Source of the DNA: Octopus sinensis
Lineage: Eukaryota
Length of the DNA stretch: 64,000 nucleotides
Direction of reading: 5' to 3'
NCBI RefSeq assembly: GCF_006345805.1
Contig: NC_043010.1
Coordinates: 31,434,001 to 31,498,000, forward strand
This document shows, in pieces, positions 12,103 to 25,836 of this stretch. The notes below the pieces were generated by a model that saw nothing but the letters and a program-made list of their open reading frames with translations, was not told where the DNA came from and ran no database searches. The number at the start of each line of letters is the position of its first letter. Positions within the stretch are counted from its first letter, which is position 1. Both the position numbers and the translations under genes were made by a program.

Positions 12103-13608
12103 CTGAAATAGAAACAAAATGTATATGGTAAAGAACCAAACAAAATAGCTGCTGCAGTATTTAGTTATGTTCTTGTTCTGGTTTCAAATCCCAACTGGCT
12201 CGAAACTTGGCTTTTCATCCTTTATCAGCTGATAAAATAAATACTATTAATAAAAGGGAATTGATTTAACTGACTATACCCTTCCCTTACCCTTAGAAGA
12301 CTAATTAGAATTGGTAGAACATTGCACTAATACTTCCCAGCATTATGTAGATAGCAGGTTGCTAGATATCCATGAGCTCTCAAGTGCTCGAAACTCTTCT
12401 GATATTGATAAAAGGAAAACAATTAATTTCATTTTATTCCATCTTGGAAGTGAACCTGCCTCATACAAATCATTAAAATACATCTTATCCAAAGACAAGA
12501 ATATTGTGTAGCTATTTCATCAGCTAATGTGAATATATCTAAAAGTAAATCATCCAAAGTGTCCTTCCTTTTAAAGATGTTAGTGTGAGAGTGAGTGAAC
12601 TGCTATTTCTAACAGGTGAATAACCACATAGAAGCTCACTTGTTGCTATCACTATATTGTAGAGTTGTAGGGTAGTGAAATAGATAAGCCTTGGACTGTG
12701 TGTTCATAAGTTGTGTTCAGATCAAATTCATTCATAGTGAGGAGTGCCTGAACAGAGGAATAATGCAACACTTTGGTTTTCACTCAAAGAATTTCATGTC
12801 AACATGAGAATAGATAAAATATAAATATGAAGAAAACATTACAGATGAGATTGCAATTATAGTATATCTGAGATGAGTTTCTTATAAGACTATTTTTCTC
12901 AATTATACATCTCATCTTTTAGAGATGAAAGATTCTGATATGGTCAGAGAAATCGGCTGTAGTATGTAGGAAAAAAGATGGCACTGGGGTGAACATGTGA
13001 TGATAGGTGAAATGAAAAAGTGTCAACACTCCTGTTAGAAGAAACCTGTGGAAGAGGAAGACCAAAGAAGGTACAGAAAAAAAGTGGTGAGGTCTTATCT
13101 TAGGATGATGGACCTCATGAAAAATCTAAAAGACTGTAACAAGTGGTGAGAAGATTGTACTGAAGAAAATCTTTCAAATCACACCAGTAGTGAAAAACAT
13201 GCAAAATGATGACAATGATGATAATGATCAAGGAATAACACTTGATCAGAGATCAAACACAGAAACAAAGAGGTAAATATTGAAAGATTATTTTTTTTTT
13301 GTGGTCTTGAGAAATTCTTTAAGTAACCAATTTGTCAGAAAATTCGCCAACTCTACCAGATCTAGTAACTCACACAACTTGGAATAATTTTAAAAGTAAA
13401 AAAAAAAATAACAAGCAAAAGGGGAACAATTTGGAACTTGATAGATTCTATAACCAGAAATATGTGTGCCACTAACAATACCAAACATGAAGTCTTCAAT
13501 GATGCATCATCACATGATCATCATCAGTGGAAAGAAAATGTTTAATGAAAGGAAAAAAGTTAGGCATAAAAATAGGTGTGGTATAACAGTGCATGTTGAA
13601 ATACTCAC

Positions 13609-13697
13609 CAGCAGACACCACTAGTTCTGTGGCATGGAGATAGTGTTTCTTGGCCATGTAACCTTCCAGCTTTTCAGGAACATCTTTGATCTGTTCA
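13609..13697 (-). CDS. EXOC4: EXOC4 exon 6 (EQIKDVPEKLEGYMAKKHYLHATELVVSA)
   Basis: actAG / GTGAGT; 89 nt; matches Sec8 [27 protein letters not shown]. Confidence 0.95.
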
Positions 13698-14311
13698 CTA
13701 GTTGATGCAGAGCAGAGTTGAAATAGAAGAATACATTTTATACTGACCAATATTTCAGAACATATATGTATATACATCTGTGGGTGTATGACAACTCATG
13801 GAGAAATTGTAGGAGGTAATGAACCTCAAAAAATTAGTAGAACAGATATTATGATAAATGATAACACAATGCAATACTGGCCTGTTTCACTATGGAGAAG
13901 CATTGTTGAAATAAGAATGATGGCATTGTGTGTATGCGTAACAAGAACACTTACACACAATATGAAAAATTCTTTCCAAAAGACTTGTGACATTCTTTTC
14001 TCAAAAAAATGTTTAAATCGTTCATAACTTCTGAGAAAATCTTTAAATATTGTAACTGTATCAAGTATTTTTGGCAAAATCTTTTATCTATGTATGTGTG
14101 TGTATATATAAATATGTATAAATACATAAGCACACATATATATTTATATATATATGCATGCATTTAAAAGTATGAATGTAATCCTATACATACTCCATCT
14201 GAACAAGAAACTTGGTAATTGCAGGTGGAATGTCTTTGATAAAAGGTCTACAGGGGTAAGCAGGGGTTAAACAACATCAACAAAACTGAAGAAATGATAT
14301 TGAAAACTTAC

Positions 14312-14450
14312 ATTTGATCCAGAATCGACACAATAGTTTTGTGTTCAACTCCTTCAATCCACAGACGGCGTAGCTCATCTCTCTTACAGTGTAAAAGTGT
14401 CTTACAGGAACTGAGATCTTCTTTGATCTTTCGGATCTTGTCTCTAGATT
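14312..14450 (-). CDS. EXOC4: EXOC4 exon 5 ([45 protein letters not shown])
   Basis: Diagnostic Sec8 motif [19 protein letters not shown]; ctcAG / GTAAGT; 139 nt. Confidence 0.97.
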
Positions 14451-14462
14451 CTGAGTATAGAA

Positions 14463-14464
<2 letters not shown>

Positions 14465-14529
<65 letters not shown>

Positions 14530-14652
14530 ATATATATATATGTGTGTGTGTATATATATATATGTGTATGTGTGTGTATATATATAATTGTGTGTGTGTG
14601 TGTGTGTATATATATGTATATATATATATATATACAGAGAGAGAGAGAGAGA
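14465..14652. repeat. Compound (TA)n/(TG)n/(GA)n microsatellite next to the exon 5 acceptor
   Basis: Directly visible. Confidence 0.95.
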
Positions 14653-16180
14653 GAAAGACCTTGCTAGCGTTTGTAAGAGATCTCTTGGGATGGTAAACAC
14701 TGCAGATGCTATGCGGGGTGTTGAAGTGCAATGTTGCAGAAGTAGGCAAAGTTGGTAGTTTTTTGAGGCAACTAAAACTCACAAAATTTACTGTTGAGGC
14801 ACCATATTTAAATATATAATGAAATTGTGTTGAAGAGCAGATGGCAAAGATAAGAATATGACAATGGGTTAGCTTTCATGTCAAGTAGTTGTATTTAGCT
14901 CATAAGGAGTAGATGGTGGTTTGGATAAGTCATTTTCAAAGAAGCAAGGACATGAAGAATGTTTGAAGGATATTCTGCAGAGTAATGAGACTTCATAGAT
15001 GGATAAAAATTCAGTTGAAAATCACACGGAATATTGTTGTGATGAAGACAGCATTCAAAAAAAGTGTCAAAAGCCACAGAAATGAATTTTTCTTTTTAAA
15101 TATGATAAAAGTAAAGGCAGAAGAAAAAAAAAGAAGATTCCTTTTAATGGTGTAGTACAAATCCTGGCTGATGTGTCTGAGATTAGGTATAATAAAGAAA
15201 GTGGTGTTTGTAGAATTCAATTGACATATCAGATAAAACAGAGTCCAAGGAGATAAGTGGCACTCTGTATTAGCAAAATTTGTATTATTAGATAAAAGCA
15301 ACAGAAAGAGTATGCTGTAATTGACATAGGGAGTGAAGGATCCAACATTTCGGACAGTGTCTTTTTTTCAGGGTCAAGATGACATGAAGGATAAAAAAGA
15401 CAGAGTTTCGCATCCCCTGTGTTTGAGAGACTGGCTGCAACTGATGAGGAATGCAAGACAACATGAACTTGCATATGTAGACGGGAAATGGTGTGAAAGA
15501 TAAACTAAGTGAAAGGGAAATGAAAAGAGACAGAGAGGTGAGCTGAAAGAAGAAATTCAGATGAGAGAGGAGCGGAATGATAAAGATGGGACTGCTGAAC
15601 AAAGAGTGGGCGAAGGGAAAAAAATGTTCATTTAAACCTATTGGTGCCAATTTTGAATATCCATATACATTAGGTAAAAGACAAAGACTATAGTGATTAC
15701 TCTGTGATTCAATGAGGCTTTGGCAATCACCAGATTAATGGTACTTACTGACTCCCAAATGATGAAAGATATGCTGACTCCCTTGTATGGATGATGTGAT
15801 GTACTACCAAGAAAGAGATGAGTGAACATGGTGAGTTTAGATCTCAAGATACTGGAACTCCTGGAACTCACAGAAAGAGTGACGTCAGCCATACTGCAAA
15901 TTCATCCAACCCATGTGGAGAGAAGGTTGTTTAAAACAATGAGGTAAAAAAATTGAGTTACCCACCATTCTATACTGTCCCCACTGTTATTAGGGTCCCT
16001 ACTGAAGCAAAAAGAAAGAAGTCCACAAACTTATAACAAAGAATGAGATTTTGTATTGTTCTTTTCTCAGCAGCATTAATGGCATAAGTAAAGAGAATTA
16101 GGTTGTTCTCTGGAGACATCTAACCAATGAACATTGGGGCAAAGAGAAACAAGTAACACTATGTAACATTATAGACTCAC

Positions 16181-16243
16181 CATTTACGTTCTTGTTGACG
16201 ATACTAAATGTCTGCAAGATCTTCGTCAGTTCTGAATAATTGT
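16181..16243 (-). CDS. EXOC4: EXOC4 exon 4 (NYSELTKILQTFSIVNKNVN)
   Basis: cctacAG / GTGAGT; 63 nt, phase 1 to 1; matches Sec8 HYTELTTAIRTYQSI. Confidence 0.9.
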
Positions 16244-16590
16244 CTGTAGGTGACAAAAATAACAATATTATTAGTAGTATATTAATTGAAGTGGATAATT
16301 ATTATTCTTAAAAAAATATTAGCACTATTATTCCAAGTTGAATACCTGGTTTAAGGGACTCAATGGTTGCACAAGAATAAACATGTAAAGTTTGGATGGT
16401 CTGCCTGACATGTTTACATGCCAGATTTCTTCACTACTGTCTTGGCAGATGTCTGTCACAACTGTCAGGGCACCATCAAGGAAGGATATGAACAAGGAAA
16501 ACAGCACCAATAATTTTGTGCCAATTACTCTATAAAATACAGAATTACAGATTTTGGCCAAGATGCTTCAACTGAAAGTGCTGGGTTGGT

Positions 16591-16679
16591 GAAGAAAGTA
16601 ATATCTACATGTCTTTCTTTATTTGAAGAAAGTAATATCTACATGTCTTTCTTTATTTGAAGAAAGTAATATCTACATG
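16591..16679. repeat. 34-bp tandem repeat, ~2.6 copies
   Basis: gaagaaagtaatatctacatgtctttctttattt at 16591 and 16625, partial at 16659. Confidence 0.95.
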
Positions 16680-17256
16680 AAGGGCAGAACATCAGTTTGG
16701 CCTGTCCTTTATGTGCAGAGAGTACTAAAACCATTTCCATGCACTCAATGTCCACTTATTGCTGACATGCAGAGTTATATTGACCATCTGTTATCTGTTA
16801 GTATGTATAGGATACATCTGTCAGCCAACCCCATCCTGAACATGAGCAGGGTAGAGCAGGAAAATCTCTTGCTGAAAGAAGATATATGAAGAAGATAGAG
16901 AAAAACTGAGGATAGTGCTTTTCTTCTAAGGCTATGCCTTTAAGTTAGAAAATTATTGTTTTCATAATAACAGATATATGCAGTTAAAATCAAAGGAATA
17001 GCAAACAGAAAATAGCTTGAGTTATAAGAGCCCAACAGTGACTTTCTGAGGGTTTGGAGAAAAGGGAGGCAGAGAGGAGCCTTAACCAATTATAAAAAAA
17101 TTATAACTTCTCTAGAAAATGTTGCAATGATTATTGGTATCACAGATAGGAACTACAACAGGAGGAAACAAGGCACAGAATACTTAAGGACAAGACAGAA
17201 GCAGAGATCACAAGATATCTGCATGGGAAGTGAGAAAAATTAGCTGAGATACATAC

Positions 17257-17345
17257 CAGAGACCATCTCAGAAAGGGTCTTGTCACTCTCCTGGAATGCT
17301 TTCTCAATACGAGTCTTCTCATTTTCCCGTTTGTCAAAATCAGAA
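17257..17345 (-). CDS. EXOC4: EXOC4 exon 3 (SDFDKRENEKTRIEKAFQESDKTLSEMVS)
   Basis: ttcAG / GTATGT; 89 nt, phase 2 to 1; matches Sec8 [20 protein letters not shown]. Confidence 0.92.
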
Positions 17346-17584
17346 CTGAAATGGATAAAATGATTAGTTGATTATTATTTTGTGATTGTTGTACGAATTT
17401 GCTAATGCTAAGACAGTTTGTAGCCTATCACACAGCATCTTAACATTTCTCAACCACATATACAATATATCATCATAATTTTAATGCTTTCTTTCCATGT
17501 TTGCATAGGTCAGACATGAATATATTGGAGCAAAGTTTTTAATAGCAAGAGATAATTCCTGATGTCAACAACCATCTGATTCCA

Positions 17585-17921
17585 AGTCGTAATGTAGGAG
17601 CACTCCATCAGTTATGATGACAAGGGTCCCAGCTGATACAATCAATGGAATAGCTTGCTCATGAAATTAACGTGCATGTAGCTAAGCACTGCACAGACAT
17701 ATGTACCTTTAATGTAGTTCTCATGGAGACTCAGTATAACACAGAGTGTGACAAAGCTGGTCCTTTGAAATACAGGTACTATTCATTTTTGCCAGCTGAG
17801 TGGACTGAAGCAACATGAAATAAAGCCTCTTGCTCAAGGACAATGTGTCACCGAGAATTGAACTTATGACCTTACGATCATGAGCCAAATGCCCTAAACG
17901 CTAGGCCACATGCCTTCACTC
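17585..17921 (-). mobile_element. Old tRNA-derived SINE with central conserved-type domain
   Basis: Minus strand tggcctagcgtttaggg...gttcaattc A/B boxes, then gtccttgagcaag...ttgcttcagtccactcagctggcaaaaatg. Confidence 0.65.
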
Positions 17922-17949
17922 AAGTCATAATAATCTCATGGTGTATCAA

Positions 17950-19690
17950 ACAATGAACAGTTTAGACATGGTTACATGTAGAACTGGAAATAAAGATTAC
18001 TATCTGAATGAGCCTTTTGTTTACAAAGACCACAATATGCCAAAATATGTCATGAACCTAGACAAGCATTTATGATATACAACAGCAAATGATACTGTCT
18101 TCATCAATGAAAATAAGGTGGGGTGACAAACTAACTATGAAATACCACTATGAAACAAATTACAAAATCTTTTTGCATGATTAATCCACTTAAATCAGAA
18201 TTAAGGTAAAACAAGCTAACTGTTAAAATAATTATTAAATAACTGGCAGTCATTATTAACAATGTTTAGCAATGAAGCCAGTTTTGTTATATTATGGAAT
18301 ATTGCTTATGCTAAATGCCCATGTTCTCATGGTGAATTTCTTAAGAAGAATATAGCTGATATTGTTGAAGTATTAGATTCAAATAACACAAAATATCAGG
18401 AACTAATAGCATAAACACCAGTTTCATGTCACACTAAAGAGTGGTACATCTCTTGGATCAATGCTGATACTGTAAGCAAAATGCAAAATGATTTTAAAAA
18501 CTCCCTTGCATTCAGTTTAGGGATTAATGAATCAAATGACATACAGGACAACCCACACTTGGTAGTATTTGTTCATTATGTTACTTTTATATCCTGCCAC
18601 AAGTTGATATAGATGAATTATGCAGTGGAGGTTTAATCAATGTATTCACATGATGTACTTTGCGAGACTACCAAAACGCTCCCACTGACCTCTACTCTTT
18701 ATAAGAGTTTGGCTAGTCTATTCTCCAATCTGCCAGGATTGTCAATGACTCTTGTCACAACATCTTCCCCTTTTGAGATTGACTTCCATTTGAAGTTAAT
18801 ATTATTTTTATTTATTTATTTTTCTAGTATCTTTTACACAATATCAGCCTTTTCACACAGTATTGGTCTGGAATTTGAATTTTTTTTTTACATTGTCACA
18901 TGGCGGTGCCGCAGCATGGCCACAGCTTGAGCTGAAACTAAATAAAATTTTAAAAAATTTTTTTAATTTATATCCTGATGACTCGTTGCCAGATGTTGCA
19001 ATGTAATTGTAACCCAACTCTAAGATAGTAATGTTCGTTTGCACACAGCACTCTTGTTTCTCATACTAAACACTCTTGTCTTTCACTTGAAGACATCTCA
19101 TCTAGCTGGTTAACACTGTACAGCTGCATCTGATATATTGTGAGCAGGAGAATCGAACCCTTACCACATTCTAGCGACAGAACCAACATGCAATAATTCG
19201 AGCAACTACCATTACGCCAACTTACAGGTTCGGTGTAAGTTTGACATGCAACAAACACACTGACTCTTACCAACTTCTAGCAAACTGTCAAAAGAGCCTA
19301 TCCTCAACTGGAAAATGGTAAACGGATACAAGAGCTGATGTTTTTAACTGATATAATGAATCATCTACTAACTCAACTTCACACTCCTGGTGGAGGATAA
19401 GATTATTTCTGATCTAACTCAGAATTTTCAATTTTCAGAGTAAAATAAGACCTTTTCAAAGAAACATACTGGCAAATTTTAGAAGAAGAGCAAATACATT
19501 CTCTTATACTGAAATAAGTGATCATAAACTGGAAGAATACAAACATAATTTACAAGGACTACTTGATAATTGCCTAACCAGGTTTGATGGTTTGCAGAAG
19601 ATGAAGCCCTGTTTCATCTCACTTGAAATCCATTTATGGTTGATGTCATCAATGATGGTTGTCCATTTCTCAAGCCTCTAGTTATGGAAT
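17950..19690 (+). mobile_element. hAT (Charlie/SPIN, GTF2IRD2-like) transposase remnant, interrupted at ~18.6-19.25 kb
   Basis: Hand translation EASFVILWNIA...GEFLKKNIADIVEVLD...FSLGINESNDIQDNPHLVVFVHY and ELMFLTDIMNHL...DKIISDLTQ...FQSKIR...NPFMVDV. Confidence 0.75.
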
Positions 19691-20496
19691 AACTATTGTG
19701 GATATGTAAGTTATGGAATTAAACTTTCTAGTTGCATAAGGCATCTCCCTGCGTATATACTGTGATGCATTCTACAAGCAGTCATTATTTGTTCTTTCTT
19801 TCTCTCTAGCCTGTTTTATTTAGTGTCCAGCTGCAACTTATTGCTGGGACACCTAGAATATTGATGCCTTCAACTTTGTTTTCCAATTAATTGTTTTAAT
19901 CTAATGAAAATAATATAATTGCTGGAAAAACCTTTGAGCAACATACACTAGAATGGATAACAACACATTTCTCTAAACTCTGATTAATCTCTTTCTTCTA
20001 TTTGAAAAGAGGAAATTTTCTTGCACTATTATTTAGCAACATACATCAGGCAATACAATATCTTTTCTCATTTACTTTGTTTTCATTCCCTGGCATCACC
20101 TTACATATTTTGCCAAACTCCTCAACTGCACTGCTCAAAGGTTTTTTTTTAATTCAAGCATTTATGTTTTTTTACACATACTGAAATACTTAAGCAAATT
20201 GCAGTTAATCTAATGTGTTTATAATACTCCATTTGTTTCATTTGTATGTTATACATTCTTTAATTCACTGATTTCTAAGTTTTTGTCTATCTGTGTTTGA
20301 TTTAATTCTCTTATCTCAGTTTGTTTATCATTTAGTGATATTAAGTTTTCTCTTTTCAAATGTAGTAGATGGAACAAACAGTTGAGCAGTAGATAAACTA
20401 CACAGCTTTCTTTACATTGTAGTTAAAAACTTGCCTCTATCTTAAATCTACCTTTCACACACACACATACATATATAAACAGATAAAATATCTTAC

Positions 20497-20537
20497 CTTG
20501 AAGACAAAGTCCTCACTATAGTCATCAAGAAATTAGA
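20497..20537 (-). CDS. EXOC4: EXOC4 exon 2, 41 nt (SNFLMTIVRTLSS)
   Basis: tttttacAG acceptor, GTAAGA donor; matches Sec8 SGLLISVIRTLS; phase 0 to 2. Confidence 0.88.
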
Positions 20538-20984
20538 CTGTAAAAAAAGAAGTGAAACAAATAGAATGTTAGAGATGAGTATATATCTGGTGTTAATTTG
20601 CTTCAGCTTTATTTATTTTTACATTAATCTTAATCTTATTTCGGCCAGAGTTCTTTGTTACACTTCTGTGACCTCATCAGTGGTCCTTTGTTTTCTTCTT
20701 TCTTATTTGTGTGTCTCTCCATACTAACGGTCAGTCATTTTGTATTTTGTATTCCTATTGTATGTGTCTTTATTTGCACATGCGTATACCCCTATGTGCA
20801 TCTATGTTTAGTTAGTGTGTGTGTGGGGGGAAGTGCCTCTTTATACACGTTCGTGTAATTTGTTTTTATTTTTGTTCATGTGTTTACACTTATTATAATT
20901 ATTTTATTAGTTAAACTGGTAAAATACAACATCTGTTTCAACACACAATTTCATATCAAGAATCTTGCAAAACAAATATATAAA

Positions 20985-21007
20985 TGTGTGTGTGTGTATG
21001 TATATAT

Positions 21008-21064
<57 letters not shown>

Positions 21065-21427
21065 CATATATACATACATACATATATATATATACACATA
21101 CATATATATACACATACATATATATACACATACATATATATACACATACATATATATATACACATACATATATATATATACACATACATATACACATACA
21201 TATATATATATATACACATACATATATATACATATATACATACATATATATACACACATATATATATATACACATACATATATATACATATATACATACA
21301 TATATATATATATACATACATACATATATATACATATACATACACACACACACACATATATATTTACACATACATATATATACATACATACACACAGATA
21401 TATATATACACACATACATATATACAT

Positions 21428-21458
<31 letters not shown>

Positions 21459-22403
21459 CACATACATATACACATATATATATATATACATACATATACA
21501 CATATATATATATACATATACACACATATATATATATATATATATATACATACACATATATATACATACATATATATACATACACATATATATACATACA
21601 TATATATACGCATACATATATATCACGTGACCGACCAGACCATTAGATGTTGTTACACATCGCTGGTCACAATGCGTTCGCATTGTTTTAGCCTTCGAAT
21701 GACGGCACCCCGCTGGCTAAGCAGGCCAACAGAAGAAAGAGTGGGAGAAAGTGTGGTGAAAGAGTACAGCAGGGATCACCAGCCCCTGCTGGAGCTTTGT
21801 GGAGCTTTTTAGGTTTTTCGCCCAATAAACACTCACAACGCCCGGTCTGGGAATCGAAACTGCGATCCTATGACCGCGAGTCCGCTACCCTAACCACTGG
21901 GCATACATATATACACGTACATATATATATACACATACATATATATATACACATACAAATATATACATACATATTTATATATATATATACACATACATAT
22001 ACACACATATATATATATATATACATACATATATATATATACATACATATATATATACATATATACACATACATATATATATACATATATACACATACAT
22101 ATATATATACATACACATACATGTAGACATGCATATATATAAATATATATATACATACATGTATATATACATACATATATATTCATATATATATACATAC
22201 ATATTTGTATATGTATGTATATATATGCATATATATATATACATATATGTATGTATATATATGCATATATATAAATACATATATATACATGCATATATGT
22301 ATATGTATGTATATATATATGCATATATATATACATACATATATATATATATACATACATATATATATATAAATGCATATATATACATACATATACATAT
22401 ATG
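20985..22403. repeat. TA/TACA/CA microsatellite arrays either side of a SINE
   Basis: Directly visible; source of the spurious YI/HT-rich ORFs. Confidence 0.95.
21626..21903 (-). mobile_element. tRNA-derived SINE
   Basis: A/B boxes as in 3778-3938 plus the full body. Confidence 0.85.
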
Positions 22404-23610
22404 CATGGGTTGGACGGTTCAACTGGGGTCTGGGGAGCCCGAAGGCTGCACCAGGCCAGTCAGATCTGGCAGTGTTTCTACAGCTGGATGCCCTTCCTAA
22501 CACCAACCACTCCGAGAGTGTAGTGGGTGATTTTATGTGCCACCGACACAGGTGCCAGACGAGGCTGGCGAACGGCCACGCTCGGATGGTGTTTTTTATG
22601 TGCCACCGACACAGGTGCCAGACGAGGCTGGCAGACGGCCACGCTCGGATGGTGTTTTTATGTGCCACCGACACAGGTGCCAGATGAGGCTGGCGAATGG
22701 CCACGATCGGATGGTGTTTGTTACGTGCCCACAGCACGGAGGCCAGTCGATGCGGTACTGGCTACGGCCACATTCGGATGGTTTTCTTGTGTGCCACTGG
22801 CACTTGTACCACAAAGATACAAATTCCATTGATGTTCATCTATTTTGATAGACCCAGGAAAACCTGGGTCGAGGTGGTGAAGCACACCTTCAAACTTTAG
22901 GTCTCACCAAGGAAATGACCAGAGACCGAGACCTTTGGAAGTATGCTGTGCGTGAGAAAACCCGGCAAGACCAGTGAGAACAGTCAAAATCAAAATCAAA
23001 CCAAATATCAGAAAGCAGAACCAAATTGAGGTCGATCAACATCAGGGCCCCCGTGCAGGTGACACGTAAAAGCACCATCCGTTCGTGGCCGTTTGCCAGC
23101 ACTGTCTGGCCCCCGTGTCGGTGGCACATAAAAGCACCATTCGTTCGTGTTCGTTGCCAGCCTGGCCTGGCCCCCGTGCCGGTGACACGTAAAAGCACCA
23201 TCTGTTCGTGGCCGTTTGCCAGCTCTGTCTGGCCCCCGTGCCGGTGACACGTAAAAGCACCATCCATTTCGTGGCCGTTTGCTAGCTCTGTCTGGCCCCC
23301 GTGTTGGTGGCACGTAAAAGCACCATCCGCTCGTGTCCGTTGCCAGCCTCGCCTGGCCCCGTGCCAGTGACACGTAAAAGCACCATCCGTTCATGGCCAT
23401 TTGCCAGCTCTGTGTGGCACCTGTGCGGGTGGCACGTAAAAAGCACCCACTACATTCACGGAGTGGTTGGCATTAGGAAGGGCATCCAGCCGTAGAAACA
23501 CTGCCAGATCTGACTGGGCCTGATGGAGCCGTCCAGCCTCACAGACCCCAGTTGAACCGTCCAACCCATGCTAGCATGGAGAACGGACGCTAAATGATGA
23601 TGATGATGAT
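22404..23610. mobile_element. Two RTE 3' ends joined head-to-head (minus 22404-22848, plus 22849-23610), each with ~60-bp tandem units
   Basis: catgggttggacgg tail at left, aacccatgctagcatgg...(gat)n tail at right; tandem ~60-bp units containing aaaagcaccatcc (or its complement). Confidence 0.85.
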
Positions 23611-23657
23611 ATATACATACATATATATATATATACATACATATCTATATGTATGTG

Positions 23658-23689
<32 letters not shown>

Positions 23690-24218
23690 CGTCTGTATAT
23701 ATATATATATATATATATACGTCTGTATATATATATATATATATATATATAAGGCAGGATGTGTGTGTGTGTGTGTACGGAATGTAGTTTATGCACATCG
23801 ACAAATTAGCACGCATGTTGCTCAAATTTTAGGAGGACATTCGTCACGACCCTAGCTGTATTTTGATCAAATTATTTTCCCGTGAGGCACCCACAAATAG
23901 CAGTATATAATTTTGAGCCATAACTTCTAACAATTTTCACGGCGGAGAAATCCAATGTAGTGACGCCATTATTGTTTACAAACATGAGTTAAGTCCTCTT
24001 CTAGCAACGGTGTAAAGAGAGGGAGGGAGGGAAAGGGTGGGAGAGAGAGAGAGAGAGAGACAGACAACAGATTTTTTAAATTTCGTCTTTTTACTGAGTG
24101 ACTGACAGGTAAAAACAGACAGACAGGTGTTATGTATGTTTGATTGTTTTCAGTCACACAAACTCACACACACGAGCATGTATGCGTACAAAACACATGC
24201 ATGCAATGTGCGTGTTGA

Positions 24219-24259
<41 letters not shown>

Positions 24260-24979
24260 ATATAAACGATATTCTCTGTTTCTCCACAACTAATTTCCAA
24301 ATTAGCTGAATCCATTGCTCTACTCATAGTGATATATAGCTGGTCATGCATGAACATGGGAGATAGCAAAGGTTACCAGAGCAAAAGACCTACGTGTTGA
24401 CTGTAGACACGCTCCTTTGCAAACGACCAGCTATTATTTTGTAAACAATGTTTAGAAACTGTTCCTGTTTTCAAAAGGAGAGATCTGACTCTCACATCTC
24501 TGCGGGAGAAGGTATGTTTCTCTATTCCTGTTACAAAACTTATGTCTTGGTGCCAAATTTACTTCAATTGATGGTATTACTCGGGTACGGGGTGGTGGTG
24601 GGACAGGGGCAAAGGTGTGCAAAAACATGTATGCAATAGGTGTATGTACGTATATGGTTGTGTGTGAGTTGCCCATATATATATATATATACTTAGTTGT
24701 GATCTGAACATAACCGCTTCTCGCACAGAGGATCGGGGGGCCCTTTTGGGCGTTCTATTTTCCTTGCTGGAAGGGTTCCCAACCCATGGGCAAAGTGGGG
24801 TTACATGATGGGGGTGGTGTTTTCAAAAGGGTTGGCATATGCAGCCTGATCACCTCTACCGATCAAACTCCCAACCCATGCACTCCCATCATGACACTGA
24901 TTCTGCAGAACTGGGTTGGGTATGAAAACCAATTTTAAAGTATAAGTATAGATGTTTTTGAATCAGCAATGTTGGGTAT

Positions 24980-25005
24980 ACATATATACATACACATACA
25001 TAAAT

Positions 25006-25050
<45 letters not shown>

Positions 25051-25836
25051 TACAAATATATATATATATAACAGATACAAATATATATATACATGTATAT
25101 ACAGATACAAATATATATTATATACAGATACAAATATATATATATACATGTATATACAGATACAAATATATATATATACAGATACAAATATATATATATA
25201 ATATACATGTATATACAGATACAAATATATATTATATACAGATACAAATATATATATATATATACAGATACAAATATATATTATATATATATACATGTAT
25301 ATATATATATATTATATATATATATATATATTATATATATATACATGTATATATACATGTATATATATATATACATGTATATATATAATATATATATATA
25401 TATACATGTATATATATATCTATATACATGTATATATATATATATATATACATGTATATATATATATATATACATGTATATATATATATATATATACATG
25501 TATACATGTATATATATAAATGTATATATATATACATGTATATATATATATATATATATACATGTATATATATATATATATATACATGTATATATATACA
25601 TGTATATACATGTATATATATACATGTATATACATGTATATATATACATGTATATACATGTATATATATACATGTATATACATACATGTATATATATACA
25701 TGTATATACATGTATATATACATGTATATATATACATGTATATACATACATGTATATATATACATGTATATACATGTATATATATACATGTATATATATA
25801 CATATATATATACATACATACATACATACATATATG
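24980..25836. repeat. Structured AT-rich satellite (atacagatacaaat units, then atacatgtat units)
   Basis: Directly visible. Confidence 0.95.

Noticed and set aside
14850-16900. Plus-strand protein-like intronic stretches (acidic patches, CHNC and CPLC motifs)
   Set aside because: Broken by stops, no recognisable family and no consistent splice structure; probably ancient TE debris
18640-19273. Separate gene inside the hAT remnant
   Set aside because: Short ORFs with stops and no splice or homology support; likely another unidentified TE fragment
20600-20690. Hammerhead-like core on the minus strand (CTGATGA-GGTCA...TGGCC-GAAA)
   Set aside because: Stem II can form, but I found no stem I or stem III partner with an NUH site in either topology
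22510-23440. CRISPR-like regularly spaced repeats
   Set aside because: Contiguous ~60-bp tandem units without unique spacers, part of the RTE 3' UTR; eukaryotic context and no cas genes
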